64,000 nt of DNA. It comes from an uncultured Bacteroidota bacterium (GTDB lineage Bacteria; Bacteroidota; Rhodothermia; Balneolales; HLUCCA01). The notes under the pieces were generated by a model that worked only from the letters and a program-made list of their open reading frames with translations, searched no databases and was not told the origin of the DNA. Both the position numbers and the translations under genes were made by a program. Below are positions 41,869 through 51,929 of this stretch, piece by piece (the first letter of the stretch is position 1; the number at the start of each line of letters is the position of its first letter). Location of the stretch: the NCBI GenBank assembly GCA_947085565.1, contig CAMTWZ010000006.1, positions 66,207-130,206 on the forward strand, in the 5' to 3' direction.

Positions 41869-43194
41869 ATGAGAATATTCGGATTCATCCTCTGGATGTT
41901 GGTGCTCGCGGCCCCGACACACGCCCAAGACATTCCATCCATCCTTTCTGAAATCCGGGCCGATTCCATCGACGCATCCATCCGCACCTTGGCCAACTTC
42001 CATACCCGCCACACATTGTCGGATACCGTGAGTGATACGCGGGGCATCGGCGCGGCCAGAAGGTGGATCTACAGCACTCTGAAGCGGTATTCGGCGCAGA
42101 GCGGCGGGCGGCTCGAGGTCTCCTACCATCGCTTCGTGCAACCCCAAAGCCGCCGTGTTCCCCAAGCCACGGAAATCGTGAATGTCGTGGCCACCTTGCG
42201 AGGTTCCGCGCCCGCCTCAGCGAACCGTATCATCGTGGTTTCGGGTCACTATGACAGCATTTGCGGAAACCAGTCTGATACTGAATGCTCCGCCCCCGGC
42301 GCCAACGACGACGCCTCCGGCACTGCCGCAGTGATGGAGCTGGCACGGGTGATGTCCCAATATCAGTTCGACGCCACCATCGTCTTCATGGCCGTGGCCG
42401 GCGAAGAGCAGGGCCTGTACGGAGCCTACGCTTGGGCGGAAAAAGCCGTACGCGACAGCCTCGACATCCAAGCCATGTTCACGAACGACATTATCGGCAG
42501 TCCGACTGCGGAAGACGGACACCAGGAGCCCTTCCGGGTCCGCCTCTTCGCCGATGGCATACCGGCACTGAAGGAGAATTCGGTGATGGTGCAAGCCTAT
42601 CTAAGAACCGGCGGCGAGAACGACCTCCCATCACGCCAGCTCGCAAGGCACATTGTGGAAGTGAACAAGATCTTCTTTCCGAACATGCATGTGGACATGA
42701 TCTACCGCCGCGACCGATATCTTCGCGGTGGCGATCATATCGCTTTTCTGGACAAAGGGTATGCGGCGGTCCGTTTCAGCGAACCCAATGAGAATTATGC
42801 GCATCAGCATCAGAACGTGAGAACCGAAGACGGGAAGGTGTATGGCGATCTGCCCGAGTTCGTGGACGCTGATTATGTGGCCCGCGTCGCGAAAGTGAAT
42901 GCTGTGGCCTTGGCCGCGACCGCGAATGCTCCCGCCTCACCAACCAATGTCCGCATGGATCTGCGCGCACTTTCAAATTCGACCACCATCCGTTGGGCGG
43001 CCAACGCCGAGCCCGATCTTGCCGGGTATCGGATCACCTGGCGCGAAACCACCTCTCCGATCTGGCAGCATCGCACCGATGTGGGGATGGTGAACGAAGC
43101 GACATTACCCTATTCCAAAGACAATTTCATCTTCGGAGTTCAGGCGGTGAACACCCGAGGATTCGTTTCGCCTGCCGTTTATCCTCTTCCATAA
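41869..43194 (+). CDS. M28 family metallopeptidase with C-terminal FN3-like domain
   Basis: GANDDASGTAAVMELARV, AGEEQGLYG and GGDHIAF. Confidence 0.85.
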   Translation: MRIFGFILWMLVLAAPTHAQDIPSILSEIRADSIDASIRTLANFHTRHTLSDTVSDTRGIGAARRWIYSTLKRYSAQSGGRLEVSYHRFVQPQSRRVPQATEIVNVVATLRGSAPASANRIIVVSGHYDSICGNQSDTECSAPGANDDASGTAAVMELARVMSQYQFDATIVFMAVAGEEQGLYGAYAWAEKAVRDSLDIQAMFTNDIIGSPTAEDGHQEPFRVRLFADGIPALKENSVMVQAYLRTGGENDLPSRQLARHIVEVNKIFFPNMHVDMIYRRDRYLRGGDHIAFLDKGYAAVRFSEPNENYAHQHQNVRTEDGKVYGDLPEFVDADYVARVAKVNAVALAATANAPASPTNVRMDLRALSNSTTIRWAANAEPDLAGYRITWRETTSPIWQHRTDVGMVNEATLPYSKDNFIFGVQAVNTRGFVSPAVYPLP

Positions 43195-43208
43195 TCCGTA
43201 CATTTTTC

Positions 43209-44312
43209 ATGCGAACAACCATCCGGCTTACAGGCCTCCTCCTATTCGTCCTTTTCTGGATTCCTGCGCTCAGCGCTCAAACTTCCATCGGCGGAAGTCT
43301 TGCAGACGCGAATTTGCGGTCTTTTCTGAAGGAGAATTATTACATCGTGACCAACTTGGGTTACACTACCGCCCGTGATCGCATGTATGGTCAGATTGAT
43401 AATGAGAACGGACGGGTGGTCTGCGTGTATAGCGGATACTCCAAAACCGGATCCACCCGGAGCGATATGAATGGAACCAGTGGTACTGGAGTGGTTCAGA
43501 TCAACACGGAACACACTTGGCCGCAATCCCTTTTCAGCGAGGCCAATCCCATGGTCGCCGATTTGCATCATCTTTACCCTACGTGGGAACGACCGAACGC
43601 AGTGCGTGCCAATTATCCGTTCGCAGAATTGGATGACAACATGACCTCGAGTTGGTTTGGTGGGTCATTTCTTAATCCGATACAGACGCCAAACAAACCG
43701 GGACCGTCGGTAATTCTGGAATATTCCCAATATGCCGCAAACAAATTCGAGCCCCGCGCCGATCACAAAGGCAATGTGGCGCGAACCATGTTCTATTTCT
43801 GGACGATGTATTCGACGAATTCATTCATCACCGCGCAAAGTTCAGCGAACACCAACTTCTTCAACGGCATGAAAGACGTGCTGTACAAATGGCACCGCGA
43901 AGATCCGGTCGATGCGAAAGAACTCGCCCGCACCCAGGCCATCGCTTCGTACCAAGGAAAGCCGAATCCGTTCGTACTCGATTCGACATTGGTCAGAAGG
44001 TCGTATTTCTTCGTTCCGACTTCCATCGAGCCGGAACAGGAGCTTCCCAAAGAGTTCGAGGTGTCTGCGGCATACCCGAATCCGTTCAATCCGATGACAT
44101 CGGTGGAACTCACCATGAATGTGACATCGAATGTGTCGGCAATTCTTTTTGACAGCATGGGTCGGCAGGCGAGAGTGGTTTCGGCGGGAATGCGTCCGGC
44201 CGGAATGCATACGCTGATCGTGGACGGAGCCGGACTTTCCTCAGGTGTCTATTTCTTGCGAGTGCTCACCTCCACGCACATGGATGTGGTTCCTCTGCTT
44301 CTTGTGAAGTGA
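43209..44312 (+). CDS. endonuclease I family extracellular nuclease with T9SS C-terminal domain
   Basis: NTEHTWPQS, DLHHLYPT, VRANYPF and EPRADHKGNVAR, with a CTD AYPNPFNPMTSVEL...LLLVK. Start set at ATG 43209 (signal peptide). Confidence 0.8.
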   Translation: MRTTIRLTGLLLFVLFWIPALSAQTSIGGSLADANLRSFLKENYYIVTNLGYTTARDRMYGQIDNENGRVVCVYSGYSKTGSTRSDMNGTSGTGVVQINTEHTWPQSLFSEANPMVADLHHLYPTWERPNAVRANYPFAELDDNMTSSWFGGSFLNPIQTPNKPGPSVILEYSQYAANKFEPRADHKGNVARTMFYFWTMYSTNSFITAQSSANTNFFNGMKDVLYKWHREDPVDAKELARTQAIASYQGKPNPFVLDSTLVRRSYFFVPTSIEPEQELPKEFEVSAAYPNPFNPMTSVELTMNVTSNVSAILFDSMGRQARVVSAGMRPAGMHTLIVDGAGLSSGVYFLRVLTSTHMDVVPLLLVK

Positions 44313-44321
44313 TGTTAACCG

Positions 44322-45935
44322 ATGCGTCGTAATCTGACATATCAATGGACCTTGTTAGCGGTGGGAATCGTGACCTTGGTCATTCTCATCGGTATGAACG
44401 TGTACAACTTGGTGAGCCTTGAGCGCACCACAGTGGAAGCCAACCGTGACGGACAGCGTACCAAGGTTTTGGCGTTCTCTTCGGCAGTGTTCAACCGGTT
44501 CTCCCCGGCGGTTCGGGTGTTCTGGCCGCTCAATATCGAGGCATTGCATGAGGAATGGTCGACCAACCGACGCATGCCCGATGATTTCATGGCGGCCTTG
44601 TCTTCGATGGCCTCCGATTCGATCTATTCAGCCATTTATTTCGCACCGGCTTCGTTCACGTCATGCGCCGAAAACGGAGAAATCTACGTTTTCGATGCCA
44701 AAAACAATGCGTTGGCCAGAACTTCGGAAGCCCCGAAATACGTGTGTGACGGTGTAGGGCTCATTCGCACCCGAGTGAGTCTGCTTATCGATGAATATCG
44801 GTTCAACACCAAGCGGTTGTTCGATGCGAACCGTACCATGAACGTGGCACTGATCAACCATCGAGGGCACGGCATTGTCGGGTATGTGAGTTATGTGCTG
44901 AATCAGGAATACATCAAATCGACGTATCTGCCCCAGGAAATCAGCATCCATTTCGGTACGAAAGAGCAGTCCGGAATGTCGGTTTGGGTTTATGACTGGC
45001 TCAAAGGCGAGGTGGTCGCCACCAATTCTCCCGATGTGGAATATGATCGGCGAAATGTCACTATCGCCCAGCGTTTTCAAGATATCCTCGACACGTGGTC
45101 GGTAGCTGCCACCTTCGACGAAACCATTGTCATGGCGGCTTCAAAATCATCCCTCATCCGAAATCTCAGCGCGATGGGTGTGGTTGCGATATTGCTGATC
45201 CTCTCATTGGTGTTCATTTTCATATTGGCGCACAAGGAAAGGGATTTGGCGCTGCGTCAAGCCGGATTCTTGGCTAACGTGACCCATGAATTGAAAACTC
45301 CCATCGCTGTGATGCAAGCAGCCGGCGAGAATCTGGCCGACGGGCGGGTGAAAGATCCCGAGCGCCTGAAAGCATACGGGCAACACATCCATACCGAAGC
45401 GGTGAGGTTGCGCCGAATGGTGGATAAGCTGTTGGATGTGGCCAAGACCGAGGCGGGTCAGATGACCTATAAACCCGCTTTGGTGGATGTCGGCGCGTTG
45501 CTGACGGCGCATATGGAATCCCAACAGGCCGTATTGAGCGAAGCGGGTGTCAAGCCGGTAGTGCAGATTGCCGAACAGCTTCCATCCATCATGGCGGATT
45601 CCGACACCCTGGACACGATCATCGGAAATCTCATCGAAAACGCCATCAAATACCGTGGAAAAGAATCGTTTCTTGCTCTAAGGGCTTTCAGCCGAGGCAA
45701 AAGTCTGATCATCGAAGTCGAAGACCATGGAATCGGAATTCCGCTGGCTCAACAAAAGCTGGTGTTCGAGAAATTCTACCGTGTGGAAGACAGTATGACC
45801 GCCAGAACCAAAGGCCACGGTTTGGGACTCTCCATCGTCAAGACGCTCACCGAGCTGAACAAAGGGACCATTTCGCTGGTCTCCGCACCTGGGAAGGGTT
45901 CCACCTTCCAACTGTCGTTTCCATTGTCACAATAA
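44322..45935 (+). CDS. membrane sensor histidine kinase
   Basis: Two TM segments flank a ~250-aa periplasmic region. H-box FLANVTHELKTPI; HATPase N/G boxes (NLIENAIKY, DHGIGI, GHGLGLS). Confidence 0.85.
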   Translation: MRRNLTYQWTLLAVGIVTLVILIGMNVYNLVSLERTTVEANRDGQRTKVLAFSSAVFNRFSPAVRVFWPLNIEALHEEWSTNRRMPDDFMAALSSMASDSIYSAIYFAPASFTSCAENGEIYVFDAKNNALARTSEAPKYVCDGVGLIRTRVSLLIDEYRFNTKRLFDANRTMNVALINHRGHGIVGYVSYVLNQEYIKSTYLPQEISIHFGTKEQSGMSVWVYDWLKGEVVATNSPDVEYDRRNVTIAQRFQDILDTWSVAATFDETIVMAASKSSLIRNLSAMGVVAILLILSLVFIFILAHKERDLALRQAGFLANVTHELKTPIAVMQAAGENLADGRVKDPERLKAYGQHIHTEAVRLRRMVDKLLDVAKTEAGQMTYKPALVDVGALLTAHMESQQAVLSEAGVKPVVQIAEQLPSIMADSDTLDTIIGNLIENAIKYRGKESFLALRAFSRGKSLIIEVEDHGIGIPLAQQKLVFEKFYRVEDSMTARTKGHGLGLSIVKTLTELNKGTISLVSAPGKGSTFQLSFPLSQ

Positions 45936-45947
45936 TCTCTTACGTCC

Positions 45948-46649
45948 ATGCCTAGCAAATCCAAAAAGATCCTGATCGCCGAAGATGAGCCCAGCATAGT
46001 TTTCACTCTCAAAGACACTCTCGAATCGGAGGGGTATGATGTGCACGTGGTGGAAGACGGTGAATTGGTGGTTCCGCAGGTTTTGGAAGAGAGGCCTGAC
46101 CTGATTCTTTTGGATCTCATGATGCCAGGACGAAGCGGATTCGACATCTGCAAAGACCTTCGTGAGCGCAAACTCACCACGCCGATCATCATGCTCACTG
46201 CCAAAGATCAGGAAGTGGATAAAGTGCTCGGTCTCACTCTCGGCGCCGACGATTACATGACCAAACCCTTCGGTGTGAAAGAATTGCTTGCCCGAATCCA
46301 AGCCAGTCTCCGACGGGCGAACAGTTACTCGGTAAGCGGTCCATTGGATATGATTTCACTCGGAGATATCAGAATTGACCTTACCGAATCGATCGTGTTT
46401 CGTCCGGAAGGGGAATTGGACCTGACCACGAGGGAAGTCGAGCTTATCCGCTATCTGATGACCCGTGCCAACGAGCCCATCACCCGAGACGACCTGCTGG
46501 AGCATGTCTGGCGTTACGAATACAGCACCAACACACGTACAGTGGATGTCCACATCTCCAAACTGCGCTCCAAAATCGAAATGATTCCCGACGAACCGCG
46601 CTATCTCGTGACCCTTCACGGCGTGGGTTACATGATGAAATTGGGATAA
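45948..46649 (+). CDS. OmpR/PhoB-type response regulator
   Basis: Receiver domain (ILIAEDE, LILLDLMMP, LTAK) plus a winged-helix output (TREVELIRYL, VDVHISKLR, GVGY). Confidence 0.9.
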   Translation: MPSKSKKILIAEDEPSIVFTLKDTLESEGYDVHVVEDGELVVPQVLEERPDLILLDLMMPGRSGFDICKDLRERKLTTPIIMLTAKDQEVDKVLGLTLGADDYMTKPFGVKELLARIQASLRRANSYSVSGPLDMISLGDIRIDLTESIVFRPEGELDLTTREVELIRYLMTRANEPITRDDLLEHVWRYEYSTNTRTVDVHISKLRSKIEMIPDEPRYLVTLHGVGYMMKLG

Positions 46650-46827
46650 TCGAGGCCGTTTTCAAAACTTATTTAAAGTATTTTCCTTAATGAAAGCGCT
46701 TTTCCTAATATTTATCCTCATTTAATTAATAATTTAAATCATTTGGCTTAAAAAAGTATTGACATAGAGTGGATTTAGCTTAATCTTAGCACAACAAAAA
46801 TCCACAAACTCCAACCTCGGAGATTCT

Positions 46828-48240
46828 ATGTTCAAATACGTCAAAGCTATTCTCATCATCATCCTTCTGGTGTTAGGTGCCCAGCTCGTCAGTGGTCAAT
46901 CGCCGACTGATTCCCTTCTTGTCGATACCACAGCGGTGGAAGCCGTCGTGGAGGTTCCGGTTGAAGCGGAGGGCTTCGCCTCATACGAGGATTTTCAAGC
47001 CTCTCCCGGTTTTGTGAAATTCATGATTGACAACCTCTGGGTACTGCTATCCGCATTCCTCGTGTTCATCATGCACCTCGGGTTCGCTTCGGTCGAGAGT
47101 GGAATGAACGCCGCGAAGAACACCGTGAACGTGATTTACAAGAACATCTTCACGTTGTGCGCGGGGATTATCACCTACGCCATCGTCGGTTTCGCGCTGA
47201 TGTATCCGGGTGATTTCAACATCATACCTGGATTCCTCGGTTTCGGAGGTTTCGGCATCGGTTACGACGCGTCTACGCCTGCCGATTTCCTCACAACTAA
47301 TTATTACGAGAGCTACACCATCTGGACCGATTTCCTCTTCCAAGCGATGTTTGCAGCCACAGCTGCCACCATCATCTCGGGTGCGGTCGCCGGTCGGATC
47401 AAGATGCCCGCTTACATGCTCTATTCCGCCTTGATCGTGACGTTCGCATATCCGATCACTGGTAGCTGGAAATGGGGCGGCGGATGGTTGGACGACCTCG
47501 GCTTCTATGATTTCGCAGGTTCCACGCTGGTTCATGCCGTGGGTGGCGCCGCAGCGCTGGTCGCCGCTTGGGTTCTCGGACCGCGGATCGGCAAATACAC
47601 TGCCGGTAAGATCAACGAATTACCGGGACACAGCTTCCCGCTGGCCACCATCGGGGTGTTCCTTCTTTGGTTCGGATGGTTCGGCTTCAACGGCGGATCC
47701 GTTCTCAGCGCCGATCCCGCCGCGATCTCCCTGGTTCTTGTGAATACCGCGCTCGCCGCAGCCGCCGGCTCTCTGGCCGCCATGGCCACCGCCACGTTCA
47801 CGGTGCATAAGCTCGACGCGCCTCAAGCTCTGAACGGCATTCTTGCCGGACTCGTAGGAATTACCGCTGGTGCGGATGTGGTCATGCCCGGTCAATCCAT
47901 CGTGATCGGAGCCATCGCCGGTATTCTGGTCGTGCTCGCGGTGATCGGAATCGACAAACTGAAAATCGATGATCCGGTGAGCGCCATCGCGGTCCACTTG
48001 GTCTGCGGCATCTGGGGAACCCTGGCCGTAGGAATCTGGGGTGCCGACAAAGCCTTCATGCCCCAGCTCATCGGTGTGATCTCGATCGTGGCCTTCACGA
48101 TGGTCTTCTCCCTGCTTGCGGTGCACCTGGTGAAAGCCACCTTGGGTCTGCGCAGTGATGAAAGTGTGGAATTGGGCGGTGCGGATGAATCCTACCACGG
48201 AAACAACGCCTATCCCGACTTCGCTCCAGCCAAGAAATAA
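46828..48240 (+). CDS. amt: ammonium transporter
   Basis: Amt signatures FAGSTLVHAVGG and LWFGWFGFNGGS, with 11-12 TM segments. It is preceded by a 178-bp strongly AT-rich leader. Confidence 0.9.
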   Translation: MFKYVKAILIIILLVLGAQLVSGQSPTDSLLVDTTAVEAVVEVPVEAEGFASYEDFQASPGFVKFMIDNLWVLLSAFLVFIMHLGFASVESGMNAAKNTVNVIYKNIFTLCAGIITYAIVGFALMYPGDFNIIPGFLGFGGFGIGYDASTPADFLTTNYYESYTIWTDFLFQAMFAATAATIISGAVAGRIKMPAYMLYSALIVTFAYPITGSWKWGGGWLDDLGFYDFAGSTLVHAVGGAAALVAAWVLGPRIGKYTAGKINELPGHSFPLATIGVFLLWFGWFGFNGGSVLSADPAAISLVLVNTALAAAAGSLAAMATATFTVHKLDAPQALNGILAGLVGITAGADVVMPGQSIVIGAIAGILVVLAVIGIDKLKIDDPVSAIAVHLVCGIWGTLAVGIWGADKAFMPQLIGVISIVAFTMVFSLLAVHLVKATLGLRSDESVELGGADESYHGNNAYPDFAPAKK

Positions 48241-48342
48241 GCGCAAAAAAAAGAAGCCGGACAGTTGCAGCTGCCGGCTTCCGATGTGCGGATTCGATCA
48301 AATAGAAGCTTCAACAAAACCCAACACACCGGAAGGTACATC

Positions 48343-48999
48343 ATGAAACCCAATTTCAAAAGACTCCTCGTCTCCTCGATCTTTTCCATCCTTGTTCCTG
48401 TACTCGCTCAGGCTCAAATCGACATCACTACGGCGGTGGTCAGCAAATACAACTGGAGAGGTACCGATTTCGGAAGCTCTCCGAGCATCCAACCGAGTCT
48501 TTCCTACACCAAAGGCGGACTGAGCATCGGAGCCTGGGGCGCATACGCCACCAACGGCAATGGCGCCGGTACGGAAATCGATCTCTACGCGAGCTATGCG
48601 CTGGGCGATTTCACTCTGTTGGTGACAGATTACACCTTTCCGGACGCGGGTCCCGGCGCATTTCTCGATGCCAAACAGCAGTACGTGGAAATCGGCCTTT
48701 CCTACTCCAGTGAGAACATTCCGGTCAACGCTTTTGTCGGTATGTTCGTTCTCAACGACGATAAGAAATCCATCTACGCCGAACTCGGATACAGTTTGGG
48801 AGATGTGGGTTTGTTTCTGGGATTGACGCCTCATGGCACGGCGATGTACGGTACCACGAAAGCCGGAATCGTGAATACCGGATTGAGCTACAGCAAGCCT
48901 TTGGTAATCAGCGATAGTTTTACGATCTCGCTCGACAGCAAATTCGTGGTGAATCCTTACGCTAAAAACGGATTCCTTCTGTTCGGATTCAGTCTCTGA
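48343..48999 (+). CDS. TorF/Gcw_chp-like putative outer-membrane porin
   Basis: Signal peptide ..PVLAQAQ, then VVSKYNWRGTDFGSSPSIQPSLSY and a beta-strand pattern. Such porins are commonly found next to amt genes. Confidence 0.55.
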   Translation: MKPNFKRLLVSSIFSILVPVLAQAQIDITTAVVSKYNWRGTDFGSSPSIQPSLSYTKGGLSIGAWGAYATNGNGAGTEIDLYASYALGDFTLLVTDYTFPDAGPGAFLDAKQQYVEIGLSYSSENIPVNAFVGMFVLNDDKKSIYAELGYSLGDVGLFLGLTPHGTAMYGTTKAGIVNTGLSYSKPLVISDSFTISLDSKFVVNPYAKNGFLLFGFSL

Positions 49000-49054
49000 C
49001 CTTTATTGAACTCTGGCGAAGACCTGGGGCGCTGTCGCAAGCCCCTAGACACAC

Positions 49055-49089
49055 AAATGCCCCGTTGATCACGGGGCATTTGCTTTTTT
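49055..49089. terminator. bidirectional hairpin terminator between convergent genes
   Basis: aaatgccccg-ttgatca-cggggcattt followed by gctttttt. It overlaps the last codons of rarA. Confidence 0.6.
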
Positions 49090-50370
49090 AATAGCCTCGA
49101 GCCGATCCCAAAAGGCTTTCTCCCTGCCTTGATCCCCGGCCTGATACCACCGCTCTTTCACGGAATCGGGTAAATAGGCCTGCTTCACCCAGTGATAGGG
49201 ATACTCATGCGGATATTTGTACTCTTTCGCCGCGTTCTGGCGGTTGAGATAAGAGGATTCCAGTTTCGAGGCGGTCTTATCGCGTAACGCCGGGGGCACC
49301 TTCCCCACGCCGCGTGTCTTCACATGATCGATGATCCCAAACACAGCGCCGGCACTGTTGCTTTTCGGAGCCAGCGCCAAATACAGGCACACGTGCGACA
49401 GAAAGTACCAGCCCTCGGGCATACCCACGCGTTCGAACGCATCCTGTGAGGAAACCACCAGGCTCAGTGCGAAACTGTCGGCCAAGCCGATGTCCTCCGA
49501 GGCGAAAATGAGCATCCGGCGGAACAGGAACATCGGATCTTCGCCACCTTCCAACATGGCCGTCATCCAGTACAAGGCCGCATCCGGATCCGATCCGCGC
49601 AGCGACTTGATGAAGGCTGAGGCGTAGTGATAATGCTCGTCGCCGGTACCGTCGTACCGCACCGCGCGTTTCTGGATGGATTCCTGCGCCGTTTCAAGCG
49701 TGAAATGCCGCAAACCATCGCTACCGATGGGCAAGGTGCGCGCCGCAAGTTCAAGGGCGTTGAGAGCGTTGCGGATATCGCCTCCGGCATACTCCGCCAA
49801 ATGATCCAACGCATCGGCATCGGTGATGAGATTCATGGCGCCGAGTCCGCGTTCTTTATCGGCGATGGCCGCTTCCAATAAGGAAATGATGTCTTCTTTG
49901 GAGAAGGGGTTCAACTCGAACATCTGGCAGCGCGACAGGAGCGGACCCACCAGCGAGTAAAACGGGTTTTCAGTCGTGGCGCCGATCAGCGTCAATAATC
50001 CTGATTCCACGTGCGGAAGCAGCGCGTCTTGCTGGGCTTTGTTCCAACGGTGGATTTCGTCGACGAACAGGAGGGTGGCTTTAGCGTCAAGGCGGCCTCG
50101 GTTGTCTTTGGCATCGCTCACGACCTGTCGCAATTCCTTCACGCCGTCGAGCACCGCGTTCAGAGTCACGAACCGAGCGTTCATTTCGGAAGCGATCACC
50201 AGCGCGAGTGTGGTCTTTCCCGAGCTCGGCGGACCGTAGAAGATCATCGATCCCATCACTTTGCTTTCGATGGCTCGACGCAGAAGTTTTCCGGGTCCGA
50301 GAACGTGTTCCTGACCAACGTATTCCGCCAAAGAGCGCGGACGCATCCGGGTGGCCAGGGGAGAGCTCAA
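49069..50370 (-). CDS. rarA: replication-associated recombination protein A (AAA+ ATPase)
   Basis: [17 protein letters not shown], Walker [17 protein letters not shown], and the MgsA C-terminal domain. Confidence 0.9.
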   Translation of the reverse strand: MSSPLATRMRPRSLAEYVGQEHVLGPGKLLRRAIESKVMGSMIFYGPPSSGKTTLALVIASEMNARFVTLNAVLDGVKELRQVVSDAKDNRGRLDAKATLLFVDEIHRWNKAQQDALLPHVESGLLTLIGATTENPFYSLVGPLLSRCQMFELNPFSKEDIISLLEAAIADKERGLGAMNLITDADALDHLAEYAGGDIRNALNALELAARTLPIGSDGLRHFTLETAQESIQKRAVRYDGTGDEHYHYASAFIKSLRGSDPDAALYWMTAMLEGGEDPMFLFRRMLIFASEDIGLADSFALSLVVSSQDAFERVGMPEGWYFLSHVCLYLALAPKSNSAGAVFGIIDHVKTRGVGKVPPALRDKTASKLESSYLNRQNAAKEYKYPHEYPYHWVKQAYLPDSVKERWYQAGDQGREKAFWDRLEAIKKANAP

Positions 50371-51917
50371 AGCGGCAGGTTGTCGTGCTTTTTGCGGGGA
50401 ACGCTGTCCACCTTGGTCTGGATCATTTCAAAGGTGCGGATCAGTTTCGTGCGGGTTTCCGATGGCAGAATCACATCATCGATGTATCCGCGTTCCGCGG
50501 CTCTGTAGGGATTCTCGAATTTTTCTTTATAGCTGTTTTCCAGCGCGGCTTGTTTTGCGACCGGATCCGCCGCCTTGGAAATCTCCTTCTTGAAGATGAT
50601 CTCCACGGCGCCTTTGGTCCCCATCACGGCGATTTCGCCTGTGGGCCAACTCACATTGTAATCGGCGCGGATATGTTTCGAGTTCATCACATCGTAGGCT
50701 CCGCCATAGGCTTTGCGGGTGATCACGGTCACTTTCGGAACCGTCGCCTCGCAGAACGCATACAACAGTTTCGCTCCATGCTTGATGATTCCACCCCATT
50801 CCTGGTCTGTGCCCGGCAAGAATCCGGGAACGTCTTCAAAAACCACGAGCGGGATGTTGAACGCATCGCAGAACCTCACGAATCGCGCACCCTTCAGAGA
50901 TGCGTTGATGTCGAGACATCCCGCGAGAGTCATCGGCTGGTTGGCCACGATGCCGACGGCACGACCGGCGAGCCGAGCGAAGCCGACCACGATGTTTTCG
51001 GCGTAATCCTTGTGTACTTCAAAGAAGGAATCGGCATCCATCACTCCTCCGATCACCTCTTTGATATCGTAAGGCTTGTTCGGATGATCCGGAATGATGG
51101 AGTCCAATTTCGAGGCGAGAATGGCATCGGCTTCTTTGGCCGGCTGCATCGGCACTTTCTCTTCGCAGTTCTGAGGGATGTAGGTGAGCAGGCTGCGCAA
51201 CTGCGTCAGGCAATCCGCATCGTTGGCGGATGTGAAATGCGCAACACCCGATTTCGTGCTGTGCGCAGATGCGCCGCCAAGGGCTTCGGATGTCACTTCT
51301 TCGTGGGTCACGGTTTTGACCACGTTCGGACCCGTCACGAACATGAAACTGGTGTTCTCCACCATGAGGATGAAATCGGTGATGGCCGGTGAATACACCG
51401 CGCCGCCCGCGCATGGACCCATGATCGCAGACAACTGCGGAATCACGCCGCTGGCCATCGAATTGCGCCAGAACACTTCGGCATACGCTCCAAGCGAAAC
51501 TACGCCTTCCTGGATACGCGCACCACCCGAATCGTTCAAACCGATCACAGGGACACCGTTTTTAAGGGCCAGATCCATGATCTTGCAGATTTTCTCGGCA
51601 TGCGCTTCAGCCAGAGATCCGCCAAGTACGGTGAAATCCTGCGAAAAGACATACACGGGTCGACCATGGATTTTTCCGAAACCAGTGACCACTCCATCTC
51701 CGGGGTACTTCTGCTTGTCCAGGCCGAACTCCACACTCCGGTGAGCCACGAGCTGCCCGATCTCCTCAAAAGAACCGGCATCCATCAACAAATGGATGCG
51801 CTCCCTTGCGGTCAGTTTCCCGGATTCATGTTGCTTGGCGATACGATCGGCGCCTCCACCGACCAAAGCGGCTTGCCTTAGATCGAACAGAGACTTGAGT
51901 TTATCTTCTCGTGACAT
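50367..51917 (-). CDS. acyl-CoA carboxylase carboxyltransferase (beta) subunit (propionyl-/methylmalonyl-CoA type)
   Basis: [31 protein letters not shown] and [12 protein letters not shown]. Its stop and the rarA start overlap by 4 nt. Confidence 0.9.
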   Translation of the reverse strand: MSREDKLKSLFDLRQAALVGGGADRIAKQHESGKLTARERIHLLMDAGSFEEIGQLVAHRSVEFGLDKQKYPGDGVVTGFGKIHGRPVYVFSQDFTVLGGSLAEAHAEKICKIMDLALKNGVPVIGLNDSGGARIQEGVVSLGAYAEVFWRNSMASGVIPQLSAIMGPCAGGAVYSPAITDFILMVENTSFMFVTGPNVVKTVTHEEVTSEALGGASAHSTKSGVAHFTSANDADCLTQLRSLLTYIPQNCEEKVPMQPAKEADAILASKLDSIIPDHPNKPYDIKEVIGGVMDADSFFEVHKDYAENIVVGFARLAGRAVGIVANQPMTLAGCLDINASLKGARFVRFCDAFNIPLVVFEDVPGFLPGTDQEWGGIIKHGAKLLYAFCEATVPKVTVITRKAYGGAYDVMNSKHIRADYNVSWPTGEIAVMGTKGAVEIIFKKEISKAADPVAKQAALENSYKEKFENPYRAAERGYIDDVILPSETRTKLIRTFEMIQTKVDSVPRKKHDNLPL

Positions 51918-51929
51918 GGCTTGAGCAGT

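Noticed and set aside
42993-43208. A 72-codon N-terminal extension of the nuclease ORF overlapping the M28 peptidase gene.
   Set aside because: The extension is Arg-rich nonsense overlapping a well-supported CDS. A canonical signal peptide begins at ATG 43209.
48253-48281. The stem-loop gaagccgg-a-cag/ctg-ccggcttc between amt and the porin, considered as a terminator.
   Set aside because: No U-tract follows it on the + strand. It is more likely an intercistronic structure, so it is not listed as a feature.
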